A stretch of 64,000 nucleotides of DNA from contig JAXHTS010000081.1 of the NCBI GenBank assembly GCA_034190085.1, forward strand, positions 2,541 to 66,540, given 5' to 3'. Each line of letters starts with the position of its first letter. Position 1 is the stretch's first letter. The notes below the pieces were generated by a model. It searched no databases and had not been told where the DNA came from. It saw only the letters and a list, made by a program, of their open reading frames with translations. Of this stretch, positions 39,898 through 51,786 are shown piece after piece. The DNA comes from Spirochaetota bacterium. GTDB taxonomy: Bacteria; Spirochaetota; UBA4802; JAFGDQ01. The translations under genes and the position numbers were made by a program.

Positions 39898-41411
39898 TTA
39901 TGGAACAATTGCCAGCACTTATCGTTGTCACTCCTTTAATTCTTGCTTTTATTGTTCCTATTGTAGGATGGTGGAATAAGAAGTGGTGTTATCCAATAGT
40001 GTTTATTTCGCTTTTAATTAGTTTCTTATCCTCAATTGGCATTATCCATACTGTCATCACTGAGGATCAGCCGATTCACTATTACATGGGTGGTTGGCCA
40101 CCTCCCTGGGGTATTGAATATGTTATTGATTATTTAAATGCACTTGTGCTAGTGTGCGTTGCTTTTGTTTCCTGGGTAGTTTCCCTTTATGCGAAGAGGT
40201 CTGTTGAGAAGGAACTTCCCGAATCAAAGGTGCCTTTATTCTATACACTCCTGTTGCTGCAGGTGGCAGGTCTGTTAGGGATTTGCGCAACCGGCGATAT
40301 GTTTAATCTCTATGTGCTTTTAGAGATTGCCTCTTTTGCAGCATATGCAATTATAGCAATGGGAGAGCGGGGTTCTGTCTTTGCCTCTTTTCGGTATGTG
40401 ATCTATGGTACAATCGGAGCCTGCCTCTATCTCATCGGAGTGGGGTATCTATATATTAGTACTGGTTCTCTTAATATGGCGGATTTATCTCAAATTTTGC
40501 CTGAGTTAATAAATTCTAAAGCAATATTAGTTGGATTTGCTTTTTTCTTGGTGGGTGTTGCGATAAAAATGGGTATTTTCCCCCTTCATTCATGGTTGCC
40601 GGATGCATATACCCTAGCTCCATCTGCTGTAAGTTCATTGCTTGCTCCATTATTTACCAAGGTCGGTGCATATGTTATTATCAGATTGATGTTTACTGTG
40701 TTTGAGCCTTCATTTTCAATAGATGATTACCCGGTGACAGAAGTATTGGGTTGGATATCAGCAATTGGAATAATTTTTGCCGGAGTAATGGCACTTTCTC
40801 AGACTGATTTGAAACGGATGTTTTCATATTTGATTGTAGCGGAGATGGGTTATATAGTGATTGGTATCGCTTCAGCAAACAGGCTAGGATTAACCGGTTC
40901 CATACTTCATATCGTCAATGATATATTTATGATGACATGCTTGTTTACTGCAGTTGGTGCAATCTATTATCAGACAGGTACCAGAAATATCTATGAACTT
41001 AAGTGTTTGCATCGAAAAATGCCTATTACCCTGGCTGTCTTTGTAGTTGGGGCTTTGTCAGTTGTTGGGGTTCCCCCTTTCTGTGGCTTCTTTAGTAAAT
41101 GGTATTTGATACTGGGCACGATTCAATCAAAGGAATGGATGCTTTTAACAGTGCTACTAATTAGCAGTTTAATCAATGCGGTTCTTTTCTTCCGTGTGCT
41201 TGAAAATGCCTATATTGAACCACGTGAAGAGGAAGATCATGCTCATCATCATGATGAAGTACATCATAGTGTTGTTGCTTTAGATGAAGTGCCTATGAGT
41301 ATGCTTATGCCAATGATAGTAATTGCTGTTGGTATTATTCTTCTTGGAATTTTTAGTGGAAATATTGTTAATAATATAATTGATTTTGCCATACCTTCAT
41401 CATTATTATAA
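39894..41411 (+). CDS. mrpD: antiporter-like large subunit (MrpD / MbhH-like, paralog 3) with His-rich C-terminal tail
   Basis: 505 aa; NuoM/N-family blocks; C-terminus EPREEEDHAHHHDEVHH. Confidence 0.8.
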   Translation: MIMEQLPALIVVTPLILAFIVPIVGWWNKKWCYPIVFISLLISFLSSIGIIHTVITEDQPIHYYMGGWPPPWGIEYVIDYLNALVLVCVAFVSWVVSLYAKRSVEKELPESKVPLFYTLLLLQVAGLLGICATGDMFNLYVLLEIASFAAYAIIAMGERGSVFASFRYVIYGTIGACLYLIGVGYLYISTGSLNMADLSQILPELINSKAILVGFAFFLVGVAIKMGIFPLHSWLPDAYTLAPSAVSSLLAPLFTKVGAYVIIRLMFTVFEPSFSIDDYPVTEVLGWISAIGIIFAGVMALSQTDLKRMFSYLIVAEMGYIVIGIASANRLGLTGSILHIVNDIFMMTCLFTAVGAIYYQTGTRNIYELKCLHRKMPITLAVFVVGALSVVGVPPFCGFFSKWYLILGTIQSKEWMLLTVLLISSLINAVLFFRVLENAYIEPREEEDHAHHHDEVHHSVVALDEVPMSMLMPMIVIAVGIILLGIFSGNIVNNIIDFAIPSSLL

Positions 41412-41755
41412 AGATTACGATGAAGGACATTCTATTTGCTAATGTTCTCAACATTTAATAGTATGCATAATTATAAATAGATGTTTTTAACACTCTGTTT
41501 ATATGCTAGTAGTACCCGCCAATTCTTCAAGGGTCTAAAAGTAATTGACGTGTTTAGTTTGTTGAGTGTATAATTATGTTCACAAGTTAGTTGCCACTTT
41601 AATCTTCTAAATAGAGAAGAGGTTATTGGCTGCAAGCAGATATGAGAGACACATAGCCTTATTATGAGGAGACGTGTCTTGTCATTATCAACCGAGATTG
41701 AGAACCTTTACCTTTCTGTGAAATTATATATTAAATTTTAATTAAATAAAAGATT

Positions 41756-42022
41756 TTGAATAGGAAGAATAAAAGCACTAGAAGACTAATATTTGGATAT
41801 TCAACAATAGGAATTCAGTTAGCCGTCACTCTATTGCTTTTTGTATATGGAGGATATAGGTTAGATAATTATTATAAAACAACTCCCTTGTTTGTCATTG
41901 CGGGTACAATTATTGGAATGATTGCAGGCTTTTACAATTTGCTTCAGGGCATAAAGCAGATTGAGGAAAGTACGAAAAGAGAAAAAGAAGAAGTTAATAA
42001 TACAAAAAGCAAATGGCTATGA
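41756..42022 (+). CDS. AtpZ/AtpI-like small membrane protein preceding the F-ATPase operon
   Basis: 88 aa, two TM helices, positioned immediately upstream of atpB, as for pfam ATPase_gene1-type proteins. Confidence 0.5.
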   Translation: MNRKNKSTRRLIFGYSTIGIQLAVTLLLFVYGGYRLDNYYKTTPLFVIAGTIIGMIAGFYNLLQGIKQIEESTKREKEEVNNTKSKWL

Positions 42023-42081
42023 TTATTTAGTTTTTTCATAATTAACTATGTTTAAATTTTAATATTTAAGAGGAATTTAAT

Positions 42082-42942
42082 ATGCTTCAGCTTTTGCACA
42101 CTATGAAGTATTTAATAGTATCTGGTGGTGGCCATGGTGAAGAGGAATCTGTTAGCGAAGTTGTTATTCATCACCTTACGGATCATGTTATTACCTCAGG
42201 TTTTATAGGTAAAATAAACGAGCAATTTCTCAACACAAAGCTTTTTGGCATCTTTGATATGAGGATTACCCGGTGGGTAATTATGATGTGGATAGTATCA
42301 ATTTTATGTATGTTAATTTTTATACCTCTTGCTAAAAAAATTAAGAAGGAAAAGAATGGTTCAAAATCTAAATGGATTAATCTGTGGGAGGTCCTCATCG
42401 GTTTTATTCACGATGATATAGTAGAAACGAATTTTGACGCACATTATGTAAAAAAGGCTATGCCATATATGTGCAGCATATTTTTCTTTATTTTATTTTG
42501 TAATTTGTTGGGTCTTGTGCCGGGGATGTCAACCGCTACTGGTAACCTTGCAGTAACTGGCGGATTAGCCGCATTTACGCTTATAGGAATGATTGGTGTT
42601 GGGATGATTAAACAGGGTCCTTTATGGATTTTCACGGGGATAGTTCCCAAGGGTATTCCCTTCTTTCTATTCCCCTTAATGTGGGTAATAGAGTTGTTGG
42701 GTCTGTTTATTAAACCCTTTGCACTGACTATTCGACTTTTTGCGAATATGACGGCAGGGCATGTAGTTGTTATTATCTTTTTATTTATTTCAATCATGTT
42801 TCACAGTCTATTAGTCGGAATAGGATCAGTTACTGGCGCACTGATGATATACTTACTTGAACTATTAGTATCTTTTATTCAAGCCTATATTTTTACTTCA
42901 CTTTCAGCAATGTTTATTGGGCAGTCAATGCATGCTCATTGA
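42082..42942 (+). CDS. atpB: F0F1 ATP synthase subunit a
   Basis: RLFANMTAGH (the conserved Arg-containing helix) and C-terminal ...SLSAMFIGQSMHAH. Has an N-terminal extension. Confidence 0.85.
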   Translation: MLQLLHTMKYLIVSGGGHGEEESVSEVVIHHLTDHVITSGFIGKINEQFLNTKLFGIFDMRITRWVIMMWIVSILCMLIFIPLAKKIKKEKNGSKSKWINLWEVLIGFIHDDIVETNFDAHYVKKAMPYMCSIFFFILFCNLLGLVPGMSTATGNLAVTGGLAAFTLIGMIGVGMIKQGPLWIFTGIVPKGIPFFLFPLMWVIELLGLFIKPFALTIRLFANMTAGHVVVIIFLFISIMFHSLLVGIGSVTGALMIYLLELLVSFIQAYIFTSLSAMFIGQSMHAH

Positions 42943-42983
42943 GTGAGTTTTAAATTATAATAATTTGATTACAGGAGGAATAG

Positions 42984-43211
42984 ATGGAAGGTTTAGGTCT
43001 ATCTTACTTTGCAGCGGGTATTGGTGCGGGCTTAATAGTGCTTGGCGCTTCGTTTGGAATTGGAAAATTAGCAAGTACAGCTCTGGAGAGTACAGCCCGT
43101 CAACCAGAGAGTAGTGGTGATATTAGAACAACAATGATTATTGCTGCTGCATTAATAGAGGGTTTTACTTTTTTTGCTTTGGTTGTAACATTTATGTTAG
43201 CTACTAAATAG
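42984..43211 (+). CDS. atpE: F0F1 ATP synthase subunit c (H+-type)
   Basis: 75-aa hairpin with the ARQPE loop and a carboxylate in AALIEGFTFFAL. No Q/S-T/Y Na+-binding constellation. Confidence 0.9.
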   Translation: MEGLGLSYFAAGIGAGLIVLGASFGIGKLASTALESTARQPESSGDIRTTMIIAAALIEGFTFFALVVTFMLATK

Positions 43212-43275
43212 TATGCTTTAGTAGCGAGGGCTTTTACCAATGAAGTCCATAAATTGAAAATATGGATAGTGAAAT

Positions 43276-43794
43276 ATGGATGCTATAAGGGAAGGGCTTT
43301 TAAAAGTTGATCCGGGATTATTCCTTTGGACAGTAATAACTTTTCTTGTTTTGTTCTTGATATTATGGAAAGCTGCTTGGAAACCGATAATCGAGGCGCT
43401 TGGAGCTAGAGCAGAAAAGGTGAAGGGCGACATTGAAAGGGCTGAAAGCAATCGTATTGAGGCTGAAAAACTACTAGCTCAGCATAAAGAGATGATGGAT
43501 AAGGCTAAGGATGAAGCGAACAACATTATTACAGAGAGCAGATCTCATGCTGAAAAGGTAAAGAGTGATATGATTGAGAAGGCCAACGAGGAATCAAAGG
43601 AGATTATTGAAAAGGCTAAAAGGGAAATCAATTTGGCAAAGGATAAGGCTATAATTGATTTGAAAGCTGAAGTGGTTAATTTATCTACGGATATTGCATC
43701 TAAGATAATAACCACAAATTTAAAACCAGAGGATCAAAGGGATTTGGTAGAAGAGGTTTTGAAGAATTTAGAATCACAGAAATTTGTTCAATAA
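43276..43794 (+). CDS. atpF: F0F1 ATP synthase subunit b
   Basis: N-terminal TM helix then a long charged coiled coil. Confidence 0.85.
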   Translation: MDAIREGLLKVDPGLFLWTVITFLVLFLILWKAAWKPIIEALGARAEKVKGDIERAESNRIEAEKLLAQHKEMMDKAKDEANNIITESRSHAEKVKSDMIEKANEESKEIIEKAKREINLAKDKAIIDLKAEVVNLSTDIASKIITTNLKPEDQRDLVEEVLKNLESQKFVQ

Positions 43795-43997
43795 TTGCTT
43801 ATTTATAGGAGAACGCGTAATAAATTATTATCAAGTTCCGCATAAAAGATTGTGAGCATTTATTAGAATGAGTATACAGAAGTAAGGAATTTGGCACTAT
43901 TTAATGTGTATAGTAGAGAAATATAGTTATTAACGAATAAACTCCCACAAGTTTGGGAGTAAATAATAATTAAATCACTAATTATAGGGATAGTAGT

Positions 43998-46095
<2,098 letters not shown>

Positions 46096-46125
46096 TCGTA
46101 GAAATGAATAGAAAGGATTGAGGTT

Positions 46126-47013
46126 GTGGCAACTCAAAAAGAAATAAGGAAGAGAATACAGTCTGTATCTACTACAAAGAAGATTACTAAGACCATGGAA
46201 ATGGTTGCAACTGCAAAGATGAAGAAGATGCAGGACCGCCTTAATGCCACCAAACCATATTCATTAAGAACAAAAGAGTTAATCTCTCATATAAAAGAAT
46301 CTGGAATAATGGATAGTGATATACCTCTGATGAAAGAGAGAGAGGATCCCAATCGTGTGCTTTTAATTATGATAACGGGTAATCGTGGGCTTTGCGGCGG
46401 ATATAATATGAATGTGATTGATAATACCCTCAGTTTGAAAGACAAACTCGAAAGGGATGATGGGAGAGAGGTCTTACTCTATGCGATAGGGAAAAAGGGT
46501 AAAAATTATTTTGATTATATGGATATTCCGATTTATCAATCTGTTCAGAATAGAGAGGATAAATTAACCTTTAATGATGCCTCAGAGTTTGGTGATGAAT
46601 TAATAGATTTATTCTTAAAGGGCGAGATAGATGATGTTTATGTATCATATACTGGGATTGTCTCATCAACTTCTCAGAAGCCAGCAATTATAAGATTATT
46701 GCCCATAACATATACAATGGATGTTGATAGTGAAGATTTATTAACTAAGATGCCAGTGCAATATATCTTTGACCCAGAGCCATATAAGGTTTTGTCATCA
46801 TTATTGCCGTTATATATTAAAGTAAGTATCTATACATATTTGTTAGAATCGGGATTTTCAGAACAATTTGCACGAAGGGTCGCAATGAAAAATGCAACAG
46901 ATGCGGCTATTGATATGGTAAAGGAACTAACTGTTAAATATAACAGAGCCAGACAGGCAAAAATAACAAATGAGATAGCGGAGATTGTGGGCGGCGCATC
47001 AGCGCTGGAATAA
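46126..47013 (+). CDS. atpG: F0F1 ATP synthase subunit gamma
   Basis: N-terminal IRKRIQSVSTTKKITKTMEMVATAKMKK and C-terminal ...ITNEIAEIVGGASAL. Confidence 0.9.
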   Translation: MATQKEIRKRIQSVSTTKKITKTMEMVATAKMKKMQDRLNATKPYSLRTKELISHIKESGIMDSDIPLMKEREDPNRVLLIMITGNRGLCGGYNMNVIDNTLSLKDKLERDDGREVLLYAIGKKGKNYFDYMDIPIYQSVQNREDKLTFNDASEFGDELIDLFLKGEIDDVYVSYTGIVSSTSQKPAIIRLLPITYTMDVDSEDLLTKMPVQYIFDPEPYKVLSSLLPLYIKVSIYTYLLESGFSEQFARRVAMKNATDAAIDMVKELTVKYNRARQAKITNEIAEIVGGASALE

Positions 47014-48450
<1,437 letters not shown>

Positions 48451-48594
48451 GATACAGGATTATTCGTAATAATTTAGGTATCTGTTGTTTAGCTACTATT
48501 GTATAGTAAATGATGAGTATTCATAAAAGAGCAAGCGGAATGGTTAGGGCCTGCCTTACTATTAAAGTATATAATAACTTAAAAAGATATAGAT

Positions 48595-48993
48595 ATGGAT
48601 AGAAAAATAGAATGTAGTATAGTTACCCCAGATAGGATTGTATTTGAGGGTCAGGCTGATCTTATGGTAATTCAGGCGCATGATGGAGAGGTAGGTTTTA
48701 TGTATAATCATGCGCCATTTATATCCGAATTAGGGAATGGTGAGGCCAGGATGCGCAATGGTGATCATACTGAGTATCTTATTGTGGAAGGTGGTTTTGT
48801 CGAAATACGAGATAATACACTGATCGTGCTAGCAGAAAATGCTTACAGGAAGGATGAGCTTTGTAAAGCTGAGATTCAGGAGAGTATTGAGGAAATAAAG
48901 AATATCCCAAGAATCATTGACACTGAAGAGGGATTAAGGCTTGAAACTGAGCTTAAAAAACAGAAGGCACGGTTAAAAGTCGCTTCCAGGTGA
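48595..48993 (+). CDS. atpC: F0F1 ATP synthase subunit epsilon
   Basis: 132 aa, beta-sandwich plus helical hairpin pattern, last gene of the operon. Confidence 0.85.
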   Translation: MDRKIECSIVTPDRIVFEGQADLMVIQAHDGEVGFMYNHAPFISELGNGEARMRNGDHTEYLIVEGGFVEIRDNTLIVLAENAYRKDELCKAEIQESIEEIKNIPRIIDTEEGLRLETELKKQKARLKVASR

Positions 48994-49596
48994 TGAATTA
49001 TACCCATTCAAATTTGTTTATTAATAATACCCACTTTTATAATCTGAACAAAATTAAACTGCAACTTTACAACTCCCATCATAGCCAACATTAATAAATA
49101 ATCCCAGAATTAATTTAGGTTCAACATTAAACAAAGAATTCTTTTTTATAATTGTGTTGAATTAAGCAACGCTAATATGGTTAATTCAATAACTATATTT
49201 AATTATAAATGTATCCGATATTATAGATGGATCTCTCTTTAATTGTTGTAACTTCGAAGTTAGTCATCAATTTTTGAGAACTTGCTCTTTTATTTATTTC
49301 CCGCCAGCTGGTTGAGAGACTTCAAAATTAGTGAGATCAATTTGTTTCTCTTTCTCTCTATGCTTGGAGGGGTATTATTGGATTTACTATTATGACTATG
49401 TCACGTTACAGCGGCAAAGGGCAGGTATAAAAATTAACTTGCATTTTAGGTTTTTGTTTCACAAGATTACTATAATATGGCAGATTTTTTTATTTTTTTC
49501 AGAATATTCTCATATAATGATTTATTATTAATGATGTAATGTTGTAGAATATAAATTGTAACCGCTACTTTACGCAGTAAGTCATAAAATTAGATT

Positions 49597-51786
49597 TTGA
49601 TGAAGAATAAGATGATAAAAGAAGGGGACAGCATTGAATTAGACTTTTATGAGAAGAGATTTGAAGAGTATGCAGAGTTTCCAGAAAAGAAAGCTGATAG
49701 TGAACTGATTGGGGAGGATGGCGAACTAAATGAGGAAAGTGATGGAATTAGTGAATATGGGGAGTTGGAGGAGATTGCGGATTTTAGAAATGAGGTTGTA
49801 GAATCAATTCCAATAATTGATGAACTTGTTGATAGCACTTTTTTTGATGGAGGGCATATAGACAGAAGAGTCATTGATACAATTGATGTTGAATTGTTAT
49901 CTGCTGAGGTTGATACTCTTACACAAATAGTGGGAGTTGAGGATGCGAACTCATTGATTTCATCTAATGAAGATGATGATGAGACACGAGATAGGGTAGA
50001 ATATACAAATCTCGTTGAAGAAGAGAATTTTGCAGCAGTTGCATTTGCTGATAGGTCAATTGAAGATGTCAAAGATACTGAGGTATTGTCAGAAGATGAG
50101 ACAATTACTTTATCTACAGATGAGTTAGAGAACATCATAAATGATCCAGAGCTGGATGATTCTTATTCCTCGTCAAAAGAAATTGAACAAAATAATTATG
50201 AGGAAGCGAAACAGGGGAATAAAAATAGTGTCAATTTGAATGAAACACTAAATAATAAGAACAAAAATACGATTACCCTAGAGGTGCCCAATTGTGTATT
50301 AGATAAATTACCAGAAGATTTTAACATGTCTGAACTTAGTATGGTTAATTTAAAGGAGGCTGAAGAGATTGCAAATGAGGATTTTCAATTTACAACTGAG
50401 GATGAGTTTATCAAAGAGTTAGATGAATTAGATCTTATGCCGATACTTAATACTACTAATGAAGAACTTAAAGATGATGTAATTACGGATGGATATGTTG
50501 AAGAGAAGGATGTGGTTGGGAAGAGTGAGGAGAGAATGACAGATTTAGAAAAATCAAAAAAGGTATCAGTGAAACATGAAGAGATTGATCAAATGATCTT
50601 AGAGGAGGTTGCTAACTCCAATGGTATGGATTTAAAAGGAAATGAGAACCAATCAATTATAGAAGAAATACAAGATGAAAGTATAATAGTGATAGATGAT
50701 ACTCCTGAGGAATTAAATAAGAAAGAGGTGAAAGAGGGTACAGAAATTATTGAATCAGTTGAAGAAAACCAAGAGGGTGAAATGGATTTATCTGTGGGGG
50801 ATATGGAAGAGCCTATTGTCAATGATAGATTAGAATTACATGATGATGAGGGAAATGAATCATTTGATTTGCCTACGGGATCGTTAAATATTGATAAAAC
50901 TGAAGATAATTTATATATAATTGATGATGAGGTGATGGTAGAGGATGAGGAGAGTGAGTCTATATTTGAGGATGACGAGTTAGAAAAGATAAGTACTGGG
51001 ATTGTAGAAATAGCGGAGGGTGAAGCAATAATTCTAACTGAGACAGATGCACAGGAGAATCTTAGAGGTCTTGGTGGTATAACAAGTGATATTACCCCTG
51101 ATAGTGAAGATATGTTTAATGATACAGGGGAAAAATTTGTAATGAAAGATGAAGAAATAGACTATATTGATCGTTCATTTACAGGAAAGGGATTTGGGGA
51201 TTATATCAAGGAGGATAAGGGGGACGATGATGAGGTTGAGGATAAGGGGATTGATTCCATGTCAGAATTATTAGGTCTTAAACTTGATGAGATGGATGTA
51301 ATTGAAGACAAGATATATGAAAATGGAAATGGAGTGAATGATCATTATAAACTTGCCAATACCCTAACGGCTGTATCAGGTGAGACTAAAAGAGACGATG
51401 TTCCCTTTAGGGAATGCACATATCTACTTCCAATGGATAAGAGTTTAATAGGCGAAGAGAAAAGAAGCATTGAAGTTGATTTGTTATCATCAAGCGCATT
51501 AGTTGTTGAGGAGGACGTAAAGGAGATCATTAGAAGATTGGAGAGAAAGTCTAGGAAGAGGGTGGGTGATACAGAGGATATAGCTGATATAAGCGATGAT
51601 ATTATAATAATTGAAGAAGTTTCCGAAAAGGATGAGCGACAGGAGCTAGATCAAAAAGAGATGAAAAAGTTATTGAAATACCTAAATGGACTTTTAGAGA
51701 AATTGCCCGAGAATGTAATAGAGAATTTTGCCAAATCTGAGTATTATGAGCTATATAAAAAAGCATTAGAAGATTCTGATGGTTAA
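49597..51786 (+). CDS. very large, extremely acidic (D/E-rich) low-complexity protein; function unknown
   Basis: 729 aa dominated by E/D/I/N with no recognisable catalytic motif. The C-terminal ~60 aa are more ordered (LLKYLNGLLEKLPENVIENFAKSEYYELYKKAL). Its stop abuts the start of the next gene. Confidence 0.6.
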   Translation: MMKNKMIKEGDSIELDFYEKRFEEYAEFPEKKADSELIGEDGELNEESDGISEYGELEEIADFRNEVVESIPIIDELVDSTFFDGGHIDRRVIDTIDVELLSAEVDTLTQIVGVEDANSLISSNEDDDETRDRVEYTNLVEEENFAAVAFADRSIEDVKDTEVLSEDETITLSTDELENIINDPELDDSYSSSKEIEQNNYEEAKQGNKNSVNLNETLNNKNKNTITLEVPNCVLDKLPEDFNMSELSMVNLKEAEEIANEDFQFTTEDEFIKELDELDLMPILNTTNEELKDDVITDGYVEEKDVVGKSEERMTDLEKSKKVSVKHEEIDQMILEEVANSNGMDLKGNENQSIIEEIQDESIIVIDDTPEELNKKEVKEGTEIIESVEENQEGEMDLSVGDMEEPIVNDRLELHDDEGNESFDLPTGSLNIDKTEDNLYIIDDEVMVEDEESESIFEDDELEKISTGIVEIAEGEAIILTETDAQENLRGLGGITSDITPDSEDMFNDTGEKFVMKDEEIDYIDRSFTGKGFGDYIKEDKGDDDEVEDKGIDSMSELLGLKLDEMDVIEDKIYENGNGVNDHYKLANTLTAVSGETKRDDVPFRECTYLLPMDKSLIGEEKRSIEVDLLSSSALVVEEDVKEIIRRLERKSRKRVGDTEDIADISDDIIIIEEVSEKDERQELDQKEMKKLLKYLNGLLEKLPENVIENFAKSEYYELYKKALEDSDG

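Noticed and set aside
42984-43211. Na+-coupled c-ring, which would imply a Na+ F-ATPase paired with the Mrp module
   Set aside because: The c subunit has the carboxylate (AALIEGF) but lacks the Gln in helix 1 and the Ser/Thr and Tyr positions of Na+-binding c subunits (I/G/F/F instead). An H+-type is the default call.
49647-50138. 163-aa Ser-rich antisense ORF inside the acidic protein gene, and similar antisense ORFs (2343-2576, 3319-3745, 17543-18147, 24925-25407, 35795-36190)
   Set aside because: Typical shadow ORFs opposite GA-rich or highly expressed coding strands; composition-driven with no start signals.
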